Shown: one piece after another, positions 1 through 8,994 of the stretch
Position numbering within the stretch: position 1 is the first letter of the stretch
How the letters are laid out: every line of letters starts with the position of its first letter
Translations under genes and position numbers: made by a program
Virus record (IMG/VR): IMGVR_UViG_2526164668_000015
DNA: 21,528 nucleotides
Source of the DNA: a virus
Taxonomy: Duplodnaviria > Heunggongvirae > Uroviricota > Caudoviricetes
Direction: 5' to 3' (one strand)
The notes under the pieces: model-generated
Databases searched by the model: none
Seen by the model: only the letters and a program-made list of their open reading frames with translations
What the model was told of the DNA's origin: nothing

Positions 1-202
1 TACTGATAAGTTCCAGATCCTCCTGGCAACTTGCACAAGTCCGACAACCCTGAACGACCAGGCGTCTTCGTTCATCTATGGGATCGCCACACTCACAACA
101 ATGAGTGGCGGATATAGTCTGGTAGTTCAGACGACGCATTTTTATTGCTGTATTGCGCTGTAATTCTTCAATTTCTGATGCTGAATCAATGATGTCCGCC
201 AT
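1..202 (-). CDS. TraR/DksA-family C4 zinc-finger protein; 3' end runs off the left edge of the window
   Basis: Absent from the ORF track because no stop lies inside the window. Minus-strand ATG at 200-202 reads MADIIDSASEIEELQRNTAIKMRRLNYQTISATHCCECGDPIDERRRLVVQGCRTCASCQEDLELIS and stays open to position 1. Two CxxC pairs and the small size are typical of phage TraR-like proteins. Confidence 0.6.
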   Translation of the reverse strand, partial: MADIIDSASEIEELQRNTAIKMRRLNYQTISATHCCECGDPIDERRRLVVQGCRTCASCQEDLELIS

Positions 203-429
203 CTTTCATTAATCCCTGAATTGTTGGTTAATACGCTTGAGGGTAAATGCGAATAATAAAAAAGGAGCCTGTAGCTCCCTGATGATTTTGCTTTTCATGT
301 TCACCGTTCCTTAAAAACGCCGTTTAACATGCCGATTGCCAGGCTTAAAATGAGTCGGTGTGAATCCCATCAGCGTTACCGTTTCGCGGTGCTTCTTCAG
401 TACGCTACGGCAAAATGTCATCGACGTTT

Positions 430-585
430 TTATTCCGGAAACTGCTGTCTGGCTTTTTTGATTTCAGAATTAGCCTGACGGGCAATGCTGCGAAGGGCGT
501 TTTCCTGCTGAGGTGTCACTGAACAAGCCCCATGTCGGCAAGCATAAGCACACAGAATATGAAGCCCGCTGCCAGAAAAATGCAT
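430..585 (-). CDS. hypothetical small protein (51 aa) in the lambda b-region/orf61 neighbourhood
   Basis: Hand-translated minus-strand ORF MHFSGSGLHILCAYACRHGACSVTPQQENALRSIARQANSEIKKARQQFPE, below the track's length cutoff. It lies just downstream of orf63. No clear RBS was checked. Confidence 0.3.
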   Translation of the reverse strand: MHFSGSGLHILCAYACRHGACSVTPQQENALRSIARQANSEIKKARQQFPE

Positions 586-595
586 TCAGTGGTTG

Positions 596-787
596 TCATA
601 CCTGGTCTCTTTCATCTGCTTCTGCTTTCGCCACCATCATTTCCAGCTTTTGTGAAAGGGATGTGGCTAACGTATGAAATTCTTCGTCTGTTTCTACTGG
701 TATTGGCACAAACCTGACTCCAATTTGAGCAAGGCTATGTGCCATCTCAATACTCGTTCTTAACTCAACAGGAGATGCTTTGTGCAT
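596..787 (-). CDS. orf63: lambda Orf63-like protein
   Basis: The 63-aa [26 protein letters not shown]...AKAEADERDQV matches my memory of lambda orf63 in sequence, size and position downstream of exo/orf60a. Confidence 0.75.
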   Translation of the reverse strand: MHKASPVELRTSIEMAHSLAQIGVRFVPIPVETDEEFHTLATSLSQKLEMMVAKAEADERDQV

Positions 788-942
788 ACCGCCTCCCGTT
801 TATTATTTATCTTCTCAGCCAGCCGCTGTGCTTTCAGTGGATTTCTGATAACAGAAAGGCCGGGAAATACCCAGCCTCGCTTTGTAACGGAGTAGACGAA
901 AGTGATCGCGCCTACCCGGATATTATCGTGAGGATGCGTCAT
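760..942 (-). CDS. orf60a: lambda Orf60a-like protein
   Basis: Track ORF 760-948. The internal start [24 protein letters not shown] gives 60 aa, as in lambda orf60a. Its ATG at 940-942 overlaps the exo stop at 939-941. Confidence 0.75.
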   Translation of the reverse strand: MTHPHDNIRVGAITFVYSVTKRGWVFPGLSVIRNPLKAQRLAEKINNKREAVCTKHLLLS

Positions 943-1619
943 CGCCATTGCTCCCCAAATACAAAACCAATTTCAGCCAGTGCCTCGTCCATTTTTTCGA
1001 TGAACTCCGGCACCATCTCGTCAAAACTCGCCATGTACTTTTCATTCCGCTCAATCACGACATAATGCAGTCCTTCACGCTTCATACGCGGGTCATAGTT
1101 GGCAAAGTACCAGGCATCTTTTCGTGTCACCCACATGCTGTACTGCACCTGGGCCATGTAGGCCGATTTTATGGCCTCGAAACCACCGAGCCGGAATTTC
1201 ATGAAATCCCGGGAGGTAAACGGGCATTTCAGTTCAAGGCCGTTGCCGTCACTGCATAAACCATCCGGAGAGCAGGCGGTGCGCATACTTTCGTCGCGAT
1301 AGATGATCGGGGATTCAGTAACATTCACGCCGGAAGTAAACTCAAACAGGGCTCTGGCGTCGTTTTCGTACTGTTTTCCCCAGGCCAGCGCTTTAGCGTT
1401 AACTTCCGGAGCCACACCGGTGCAAACCTCAGCAAGCAGGGTGTGGAAGTAGGACATTTTCATGTCAGGCCACTTTTTTCCGGAGCGGGGTTTTGCTATT
1501 ACATTATGAACTTCTGACGCTGTGATGACACCGAGCCGTAATTTGTGCCACGCATCATCCCCCTGTTCGACAGCTCTCACGTCGATCCCGGTACGCTGCA
1601 GGATAATGTCCGGTGTCAT
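939..1619 (-). CDS. exo: lambda exonuclease (Red alpha)
   Basis: 226 aa, [65 protein letters not shown]..., recognisably lambda Exo. Synteny with bet and gam. Confidence 0.95.
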   Translation of the reverse strand: MTPDIILQRTGIDVRAVEQGDDAWHKLRLGVITASEVHNVIAKPRSGKKWPDMKMSYFHTLLAEVCTGVAPEVNAKALAWGKQYENDARALFEFTSGVNVTESPIIYRDESMRTACSPDGLCSDGNGLELKCPFTSRDFMKFRLGGFEAIKSAYMAQVQYSMWVTRKDAWYFANYDPRMKREGLHYVVIERNEKYMASFDEMVPEFIEKMDEALAEIGFVFGEQWR

Positions 1620-2403
1620 GCTGCCACCTTCTGCTCTGCGGCTTTCTGTTTCAGGAATCCAAGAGCTTTCACTGCTTCGGCCTGTGTCAGTTCTGACGAT
1701 GCGCGAATGTCGCGGCGAAATATCTGGGAACAGAGCGGCAATAAGTCGTCATCCCATGTTTTATCCAGGGCGATCAGCAGAGTGTTAATCTCCTGCATGG
1801 TTTCATCGTTTACCGGAGTGATGTCGCGTTCCGGCTGGCGTTTCTGCAGTGTATGCAGTATTTTTCGACAATGCGCTCGGCTTCATCCTTGTCATAGATA
1901 CCAGCAAATCCGAAGGCCAGACGGGCACACTGAATCATAGCTTTATGCCGTAACATCCGTTTAGGATGCGACTGCCACGGCCCCGTGATTTCTCTGCCTT
2001 CGCGGGTTTTGAATGGTTCGCGGCGGCATTCATCCATCCATTCGGTAACGCAGATCGGATGATTACGGTCCTTGCGGTAAATCCGGCATGTACAGGATTC
2101 ATTGTCCTGCTCAAAGTCCATGCCATCAAACTGCTGGTTTTCATTGATGATGCGGGACCAGCCATCAACGCCCACCACCGGAACGATGCCGTTCTGCTTA
2201 TCAGGGAAGGCGTAAATTTCTTTCGTCCACGGATTAAGGCCGTACTGGTTGGCGACGATCAACAATGCGATGAACTGCGCATCGCTGGCATCGCCTTTAA
2301 ATGCCGTCTGGCGAAGAGTGGTGATCAGTTCCTGTGGGTCGACAGAATCCATGCCGACACGTTCAGCCAGCTTCCCTGCCAGCGTTGCGAGTGCTGTACT
2401 CAT
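1616..2403 (-). pseudogene. bet: bet (Red beta) disrupted by two single-base insertions
   Basis: ORF 1810-2403 matches lambda Bet through ...DKDEAERIVE. ORF 1616-1798 is the Bet C-terminus ([18 protein letters not shown]...AAEQKVAA) in another frame. The middle segment NTAYTAE is readable only in a third frame. The shifts lie at the T5 run 1861-1865 and the T3 run 1841-1843 on the plus strand. Confidence 0.85.
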
Positions 2404-2408
2404 CCGTT

Positions 2409-2825
2409 TTATACCTCTGAATCAATATCAACCTGATGGTGAGCAATGGTTTCAACCATGTACCGGATGTGTTCTGCCATGCGCTCCTGAAACTCAACAT
2501 CGTCATCAAACGCACGGGTAATGGCTTTTTTGCTGGCCCCGTGGCGTTGCAAATGACCGATGCATAGCGATTCAAACAGGTGCTGGGGCAGGCCTTTTTC
2601 CATGTCGTCTGCCAGTTCTGCCTCTTTCTCTTCACGGGCTATCTGCTGGTAGTGACGCGCCCAGCTCTGAGCCTCAAGACGATCCTGAATGTAATAAGCG
2701 TTCATGGCCGAACTCCTGAAATAGCTGTGAAAATATCGCCCGCGAAATGCCGGGCTGATTAGGAAAACAGGAAAGGGGGTTAGTGAATGCTTTTGCTTGA
2801 TCTCAGTTTCAGTATTAATATCCAT
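2409..2825 (-). CDS. gam: Gam, RecBCD inhibitor (138-aa long form; the shorter form starts at [13 protein letters not shown])
   Basis: Sequence ...[61 protein letters not shown]... matches lambda Gam. Position is between kil and bet. Confidence 0.93.
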   Translation of the reverse strand: MDINTETEIKQKHSLTPFPVFLISPAFRGRYFHSYFRSSAMNAYYIQDRLEAQSWARHYQQIAREEKEAELADDMEKGLPQHLFESLCIGHLQRHGASKKAITRAFDDDVEFQERMAEHIRYMVETIAHHQVDIDSEV

Positions 2826-2923
2826 TTTTTATAAGCGTCGACGGCCTCACGAAACATCTTTTCATCGCCAATAAAAGTGGCGATAGTGAATTTAGTCTGG
2901 ATAGCCATAATTGTTTGATCCAT
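2780..2923 (-). CDS. kil: Kil (host-killing / FtsZ inhibitor), 47 aa
   Basis: The internal start of track ORF 2780-3049 gives [47 protein letters not shown], which matches lambda Kil. Confidence 0.85.
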   Translation of the reverse strand: MDQTIMAIQTKFTIATFIGDEKMFREAVDAYKKWILILKLRSSKSIH

Positions 2924-3056
2924 TTTTTTGGACTCCTGGCTGATTAAGTATGTCGATAAGGCGTTTCCATCCGTCACGTAATTTACGGGTGATTCGTTCA
3001 AGTAAAGATTCGGAAGGGCAGCCAGCAACAGGCCACCCTGCAATGGCATATTGCAT
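2892..3056 (-). CDS. cIII: CIII (FtsH/HflB inhibitor), 54 aa
   Basis: Hand-translated, below the track cutoff: [54 protein letters not shown]. This is lambda CIII, overlapping the kil 5' end as in lambda. Confidence 0.9.
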   Translation of the reverse strand: MQYAIAGWPVAGCPSESLLERITRKLRDGWKRLIDILNQPGVQKNGSNNYGYPD

Positions 3057-3128
3057 GGTGTGCTCCTTATTTATACATAACGAAAAACGCCTCGAGTGAA
3101 GCGTAATTGGTATGCGGTAACGCCGCGC

Positions 3129-3497
3129 TCAGGCGGCCTTGATAGTCATATCATCTGAATCAAATATTCCTGATGTATCGATATCGGTAATTCTTATTCC
3201 TTCACTACCATCCATTGGAGGCCATCCTTCCTGACCATTTCCATCATTCCAGTCGAACTCACACACAACACCATATGCATTTAAGTCGCTTGAAATTGCT
3301 ATAAGCAGAGCATGTTGCGCCAGCATGATTAATACAGCATTTAATACAGAGCCGTGTTTATTGAGTCGGTATTCAGAGTCTGACCAGAAATTATTAATCT
3401 GGTGAAGTTTTTCCTCTGTCATTACGTCATGGTCGATTTCAATTTCTATTGATGCTTTCCAGTCGTAATCAATGATGTATTTTTTGATGTTTGACAT
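3129..3497 (-). CDS. ea10: Ea10 (lambda early protein, 122 aa)
   Basis: MSNIKKYIIDYDWKASIEIEIDHDVMTEEKLHQINNFWSDSEYRLNKHG... matches lambda Ea10 in sequence, length and position. Confidence 0.9.
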   Translation of the reverse strand: MSNIKKYIIDYDWKASIEIEIDHDVMTEEKLHQINNFWSDSEYRLNKHGSVLNAVLIMLAQHALLIAISSDLNAYGVVCEFDWNDGNGQEGWPPMDGSEGIRITDIDTSGIFDSDDMTIKAA

Positions 3498-3515
3498 CTG
3501 TTCATATCCTCACAG

Positions 3516-3543
3516 ATAAAAAATCGCCCTCATCTTGGAGGGC
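3516..3543 (-). terminator. intrinsic terminator in the pL operon (tL2-like), upstream of ea10
   Basis: On the minus strand, the GCCCTC-CAAGAT-GAGGGC hairpin (3526-3543) is followed by GATTTTTTAT (plus-strand A run 3516-3525). Confidence 0.6.
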
Positions 3544-3685
3544 AAAGAAGATTTCCAATAATCAGAACAAGTCGGCTCCTGTTTAGTTACGAGCGACATT
3601 GCTCCGTGTATTCACTCGTTGGAATGAATACACAGCGCTGTGTTTATTCTGTTGTTTGCGTGAAAATGAAATCCGCCTGAGCGGG

Positions 3686-4555
3686 TTATGACCACTTTTT
3701 GTTTGGGTTTCGTTGGTGAGCGTGGTTTACAGGATTATTTGATATACCCCATAACTCTGACTCGCTTATCTCTACACGAGAGAAAGACCTGCTTTCTTTC
3801 AGTTCTTTTATAAACCTAGAACCTAAGATGACATCTATTGTACCAGAAAGTTCTTGTAAAAGATCTATGTTTTTTCTGAGGAAGAAAATATCTTCTTTAT
3901 ATTTAATTTTTACATAGAATTTATTCTGTATTTTTAATATATCAAAGCATGGCAGATATCTATATCCCTCATATTTTCGCCACTGCTTAACAATTATAAC
4001 ATCTTTTTCATTTACTGCATTAATCAGCCCAAGACCAAGTACAGGTATGAATATTCTATTGTCTGCCGAAAGCGTACAATTATCACCACCAGGCAAATAT
4101 GTATAAATCATGTCGGAATTTTTATACGCATCAACGAATGCACGTAAGAAGCGTACATATTTTTGCCATCCGTTTATACCGAATTTACCATATAAGTATT
4201 CTTTATTTGTTAGAAGAAAACTATTTGTATCAGGATCCTTATCTACAGACCTGTCGATAAGATCTCCAACTACGTTTACAAAGTCAAAGACAGAGTTTAA
4301 TAAGAACAATTGTCTTTCAGTAGGGCGAATTTCAATTATGTAGCCAGGATGAAGACGATATTGCATCTGCTTACGAAGTATACCGAACGCTTGGGTCCGA
4401 GCATCTGAAAGCAACTTCTTGTCGCCATCGCCGTGAGCATTGTTTCTAATAAAACTGATATAATTTGCTAATTTTTCAGCCTCTTTTTTGTGTTTTTTTC
4501 GCTCTGATGCTGAGTCTATTGGTTTTGGTATGGACTTGTAATCAATCTTCTTCAT
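3686..4555 (-). CDS. orphan low-GC protein (289 aa from ATG 4555; 293 aa from ATG 4567); function unknown, candidate exclusion/defence moron with motifs resembling the TnpB N-terminal half
   Basis: Single uninterrupted ORF. The minus-strand junction reads GGC ATG AGG TAC GTA ATG AAG, so the N stop TGA sits inside ATGAGGT and GAGGT gives an RBS 5 nt before the second ATG. The gene is very AT-rich compared with the flanking lambda genes. I recognise no family with confidence. Confidence 0.8.
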   Translation of the reverse strand: MKKIDYKSIPKPIDSASERKKHKKEAEKLANYISFIRNNAHGDGDKKLLSDARTQAFGILRKQMQYRLHPGYIIEIRPTERQLFLLNSVFDFVNVVGDLIDRSVDKDPDTNSFLLTNKEYLYGKFGINGWQKYVRFLRAFVDAYKNSDMIYTYLPGGDNCTLSADNRIFIPVLGLGLINAVNEKDVIIVKQWRKYEGYRYLPCFDILKIQNKFYVKIKYKEDIFFLRKNIDLLQELSGTIDVILGSRFIKELKESRSFSRVEISESELWGISNNPVNHAHQRNPNKKWS

Positions 4556-4563
4556 TACGTACC

Positions 4564-4887
4564 TCATGCCAATGGAATGGATTCCCCTTTAACCTTTTGT
4601 CTTCCTTGACAAGTTATACCGAACTCACCTGGCTTGCTATACCAAACTCGATGATTCTTGCGCTCAATACGTTGCAGGTTGCTTTCAATCTGTTCGTGGT
4701 ATTCAGCCAGCACCGTAAGGTCTATCGGATTCAGTGCGCTTTCTACTCGTGATTTCGGTTTGCGATTCAGCGAGAGAATAGGGCGGTTAACTGGTTTAGC
4801 GCTTACCCCAACCAACAGGGGATTTGCTGCTTTCCATTGAGCCTGTTTCTCTGCGCGACGTTCGCGGCGGCGTGTTTGTGCATCCAT
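4564..4887 (-). CDS. N: antitermination protein N (107 aa)
   Basis: Internal start of track ORF 4564-5019: MDAQTRRRERRAEKQAQWKAANPLLVGVSAKPVNRPILSLNRKPKSRVESALNPIDLTVLAEYHEQIESNLQRIERKN... is lambda N with its arginine-rich motif. The last residues diverge from lambda. Confidence 0.95.
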   Translation of the reverse strand: MDAQTRRRERRAEKQAQWKAANPLLVGVSAKPVNRPILSLNRKPKSRVESALNPIDLTVLAEYHEQIESNLQRIERKNHRVWYSKPGEFGITCQGRQKVKGESIPLA

Positions 4888-5044
4888 CTGGATTCTCCTG
4901 TCAGTTAGCTTTGGTTGTGTGTGGGAGTCGTAGTCCTGAACGAAAACACCCCGCAATGGCACATTGGCAGCTAATCCGGATTCGCACTTCCGGCCAATGC
5001 TTCGTTTCGTATCACACACACCAAAGCCTTCTGCTTTGAATGCT

Positions 5045-5074
5045 GCCCTTCTTCAGGGCTTAATTTTTAAGAGC
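5045..5074 (-). promoter_or_regulatory. nutL (boxA + boxB)
   Basis: The minus strand reads GCTCTTAAAAATTAAGCCCTGAAGAAGGGC. The boxB hairpin GCCCTGAAGAAGGGC lies at 5045-5059 and the boxA-like GCTCTTAAA at 5066-5074. Confidence 0.9.
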
Positions 5075-5115
5075 CTCACCTTCAATGGTGGTCAGTGCGT
5101 CCTGCTGATGGCTTA

Positions 5116-5188
5116 AAATTACAAGGAAGATTGTATGTTGTAAACAAGAAATATTGTAAAAAGGGGCGTGAAAAACAAACTCCATTGT
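5116..5188 (-). promoter_or_regulatory. pL with 434-type operators OL1-OL3
   Basis: Three 14-bp ACAA-N6-TTGT sites: ACAAGGAAGATTGT 5121-5134, ACAAGAAATATTGT 5144-5157 and ACAAACTCCATTGT 5175-5188. On the minus strand, -35 TTTACA (5139-5144), a 17-nt spacer and -10 TAATTT (5116-5121). Confidence 0.85.
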
Positions 5189-5238
5189 TTTTAAACGGAA
5201 AATAGTTTGTTTTTTTGTTATCGAGATTGAGGTGGGGA

Positions 5239-6591
<1,353 letters not shown>

Positions 6592-6599
6592 GACATTCC

Positions 6600-6631
6600 C
6601 GCTCTTACACATCCCAGCCCTGAAAAAGGGC
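6600..6631 (+). promoter_or_regulatory. nutR (boxA CGCTCTTA + boxB)
   Basis: CGCTCTTA at 6600-6607 and boxB GCCCTGAAAAAGGGC at 6617-6631. They are followed by the tR1-region palindrome TGTATGCA...TGCATACA at about 6654-6675. Confidence 0.9.
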
Positions 6632-6710
6632 ATCAAAATAAACCACACCTATGGTGTATGCATTTATTTGCATACATTCAATCAATTGTTATCTAAGGAA
6701 ATACTTACAT

Positions 6711-7004
6711 ATGGTTCGTGCAAACAAACGCAACGAGGCTCTACGAATCGAGAGTGCGTTGCTTAACAAAATCGCAATGCTTGGAACTGAGAAGACAGCG
6801 GAAGCTGTGGGAGTTGATAAGTCGCAGATCAGCAGGTGGAAGAGGGATTGGATTCCAAAGTTCTCAATGCTGCTTGCTGTTCTTGAATGGGGTGTCGTCG
6901 ACGACGACATGGCTCGATTGGCACGACAAGTTGCTTCGATTCTCACCAATAAAAAACGCCCGGCGGCAACCGAGCGTTCTGAACAAATCCAGATGGAATT
7001 CTGA
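6711..7004 (+). CDS. cII: CII transcriptional activator (97 aa)
   Basis: MVRANKRNEALRIESALLNKIAMLGTEKTAEAVGVDKSQISRWKRDWIPKFSMLLAVLEWGVVDDDMARLARQVASILTNKKRPAATERSEQIQMEF is lambda CII. Confidence 0.96.
   Translation: MVRANKRNEALRIESALLNKIAMLGTEKTAEAVGVDKSQISRWKRDWIPKFSMLLAVLEWGVVDDDMARLARQVASILTNKKRPAATERSEQIQMEF
6720..6733 (-). promoter_or_regulatory. pRE CII-binding repeat TTGC-N6-TTGC
   Basis: The minus strand reads TTGCGTTTGTTTGC within the first cII codons, as in lambda pRE. Confidence 0.7.
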
Positions 7005-7026
7005 GGTTATTACTGGAACTATCAAC
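6950..7026 (-). ncRNA. oop: oop antisense RNA (about 77 nt) overlapping the cII 3' end
   Basis: The minus strand reads GTTGATAGTTCCAGTAATAACCTCAGAATTCCATCTGGATTTGTTCAGAACGCTCGGTTGCCGCCGGGCGTTTTTTATT. This is near-identical to my memory of lambda oop and ends in a GC hairpin plus T run. Confidence 0.75.
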
Positions 7027-7036
7027 AGGAGTCATT

Positions 7037-7936
7037 ATGACAAATACAGCAAAAATACTCAACTTCGGCAGAGGTAACTTTGCCGGACAGGAGCGTAATG
7101 TGGCAGATCTCGATGATGGTTACGCCAGACTATCAAATATGCTGCTTGAGGCTTATTCAGGCGCAGATCTGACCAAGCGACAGTTTAAAGTGCTGCTTGC
7201 CATTCTGCGTAAAACCTATGGGTGGAATAAACCAATGGACAGAATCACCGATTCTCAACTTAGCGAGATTACAAAGTTACCTGTCAAACGGTGCAATGAA
7301 GCCAAGTTAGAACTCGTCAGAATGAATATTATCAAGCAGCAAGGCGGCATGTTTGGACCAAATAAAAACATCTCAGAATGGTGTATCCCTCAAAACGAGG
7401 GAAAATCCCCTAAAACGAGGGATAAAACATCCCTCAAATTGGGGGATTGCTATCCCTCAAAACAGGGGAACACAAAAGACACTAATACAAAAGAAAATAG
7501 AAAAGATTATTCGTCAGAGAATTCTGGCGAATCCTCTGACCAGCCAGAAAACGACCTTTCTGTGGTGAAACCTGATGCTGCAATTCAGAGCGGCAGCAAA
7601 TGGGGGACAGCAGAAGACCTGACCGCCGCAGAGTGGATGTTTGACATGGTGAAGACTATCGCGCCATCAGCCAGAAAACCGAATTTTGCAGGGTGGGCTA
7701 ACGATATCCGCCTGATGCGTGAACGTGACGGACGTAACCACCGCGATATGTGTGTGCTGTTCCGCTGGGCCTGCCAGGACAACTTCTGGTCCGGTAATGT
7801 GCTGAGCCCGGCCAAACTCCGCGACAAGTGGACCCAGCTCGAAATCAACCGTAACAAGCAACAGGCAGTCGTGACAGCCAGCAAACCAAAACTCGACCTG
7901 ACAAACACAGACTGGATTTACGGGGTGGATTTATGA
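7037..7936 (+). CDS. O: replication initiator O (299 aa)
   Basis: MTNTAKILNFGRGNFAGQERNVADLDDGYARLSNMLLEAYSGADLTKRQFKVLLAILRKTYGWNKPMDRI... matches lambda O and contains the ori iterons. Confidence 0.96.
   Translation: MTNTAKILNFGRGNFAGQERNVADLDDGYARLSNMLLEAYSGADLTKRQFKVLLAILRKTYGWNKPMDRITDSQLSEITKLPVKRCNEAKLELVRMNIIKQQGGMFGPNKNISEWCIPQNEGKSPKTRDKTSLKLGDCYPSKQGNTKDTNTKENRKDYSSENSGESSDQPENDLSVVKPDAAIQSGSKWGTAEDLTAAEWMFDMVKTIAPSARKPNFAGWANDIRLMRERDGRNHRDMCVLFRWACQDNFWSGNVLSPAKLRDKWTQLEINRNKQQAVVTASKPKLDLTNTDWIYGVDL
7386..7520. repeat. ori-lambda: four O-binding iterons followed by an AT-rich unwinding region
   Basis: Iterons TCCCTCAAAACGAGGGA 7386-7402, TCCCCTAAAACGAGGGA 7406-7422, TCCCTCAAATTGGGGGA 7430-7446 and TCCCTCAAAACAGGGGA 7453-7469. 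They are followed by A-rich ACACAAAAGACACTAATACAAAAGAAAATAGAAAAG. Confidence 0.92.
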
Positions 7937-8634
7937 AAAACATCGCCGCACAGATGGTTAACTTTGACCGTGAGCAGATGCGTCGGATCGCCAACAACAT
8001 GCCGGAACAGTACGACGAAAAGCCTCAGGTACAGCAGGTAGCGCAGATCATCAACGGTGTGTTCAGCCAGTTACTGGCAACTTTCCCGGCGAGCCTGGCT
8101 AACCGTGACCAGAACGAACTGAACGAAATCCGCCGCCAGTGGGTTCTGGCTTTCCGGGAAAACGGGATCACCACAATGGAACAGGTTAACGCAGGAATGC
8201 GCGTAGCCCGTCGGCAGAATCGACCATTTCTGCCATCACCCGGGCAGTTTGTTGCATGGTGCCGGGAAGAAGCATCCGTTATCGCCGGACTGCCAAACGT
8301 CAGCGAGCTGGTTGATATGGTTTACGAGTATTGCCGGAAGCGAGGCCTGTATCCGGATGCGGAGTCTTATCCGTGGAAATCAAACGCGCACTACTGGCTG
8401 GTTACCAACCTGTATCAGAACATGCGGGCCAATGCGCTTACTGATGCGGAATTACGGCGCAAGGCTGCCGATGAACTGTCCTGTATGACCGCACGAATTA
8501 ACCGTGGTGAGGCTATACCTGAACCAGTAAAACAACTTCCTGTCATGGGCGGTAGACCTCTAAATCGTGCACAGGCTCTGGCGAAGATCGCAGAAATCAA
8601 AGCTAAGTTTGGGCTGAAAGGAGCAAGTGTATGA
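7933..8634 (+). CDS. P: replication protein P (DnaB loader, 233 aa)
   Basis: MKNIAAQMVNFDREQMRRIANNMPEQYDEKPQVQQVAQIINGVFSQLLATFPASLANRDQNELNEIRRQW... matches lambda P. ATGA overlap with O. Confidence 0.96.
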   Translation: MKNIAAQMVNFDREQMRRIANNMPEQYDEKPQVQQVAQIINGVFSQLLATFPASLANRDQNELNEIRRQWVLAFRENGITTMEQVNAGMRVARRQNRPFLPSPGQFVAWCREEASVIAGLPNVSELVDMVYEYCRKRGLYPDAESYPWKSNAHYWLVTNLYQNMRANALTDAELRRKAADELSCMTARINRGEAIPEPVKQLPVMGGRPLNRAQALAKIAEIKAKFGLKGASV

Positions 8635-8921
8635 CGGGCAAAGAGGCAATTATTCATTACCTGGGGACGCATAATAGCTTCTGTGCGCCGGACGTTGCCG
8701 CGTTAACAGGCGCAACAGTAACCAGCATAAATCAGGCCGCGGCTAAAATGGCACGGGCAGGTCTTCTGGTTATCGAAGGTAAGGTCTGGCGAACGGTGTA
8801 TTACCGGTTCGCTACTAGGGAAGAACGGGAAGGAAAGATGAGCACGAACCTGATTTTTAAGGAGTGTCGCCAGAGTGCCGCGATGAAACGGGTATTGGCG
8901 GTATATGGAGTTAAAAGATGA
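8631..8921 (+). CDS. ren: Ren (96 aa)
   Basis: MTGKEAIIHYLGTHNSFCAPDVAALTGATVTSINQAAAKMARAGLLVIEGKVWRTVYYRFATREEREGKMSTNL... matches lambda Ren. It overlaps the P stop. Confidence 0.92.
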   Translation: MTGKEAIIHYLGTHNSFCAPDVAALTGATVTSINQAAAKMARAGLLVIEGKVWRTVYYRFATREEREGKMSTNLIFKECRQSAAMKRVLAVYGVKR

Positions 8922-8945
8922 CCATCTACATCACTGAGCTAATAA

Positions 8946-8978
8946 CAGGCCTGCTGGTAATCGCAGGCCTTTTTATTT
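8946..8978 (+). terminator. tR2 intrinsic terminator
   Basis: CAGGCCTGC-TGGTAATC-GCAGGCCT hairpin followed by TTTTTATTT, between ren and ninB as in lambda. Confidence 0.85.
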
Positions 8979-8994
8979 GGGGGAGAGGGAAGTC

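Noticed and set aside
202-430. Two tiny minus-strand ORFs: MKSKIIRELQAPFLLFAFTLKRINQQFRD, and MTFCRSVLKKHRETVTLMGFTPTHFKPGNRHVKRRF at 311-421.
   Set aside because: They are too short and unsupported to call without comparison to lambda b-region annotation.
948-2436. Plus-strand ORFs 948-1259, 1522-1788, 1545-1940 and 1966-2436 (88-156 aa).
   Set aside because: They lie antisense to the clearly identified exo and bet genes. Their sequences are Arg/Cys/Ser-rich with no recognisable motifs. They are shadow ORFs.
7386-7469. Four regularly spaced repeats of about 17 bp, which could be mistaken for a mini CRISPR array or a transposon end.
   Set aside because: They are the ori-lambda iterons inside the O gene. 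Each is internally palindromic (TCCCTC...GAGGGA) and there are no unique spacers.
7353-7908. Alternative-frame and antisense ORFs inside O (7353-7568 plus strand, 7585-7908 and 7667-7861 minus strand).
   Set aside because: They are nested in the well-supported O reading frame and have no independent signals.
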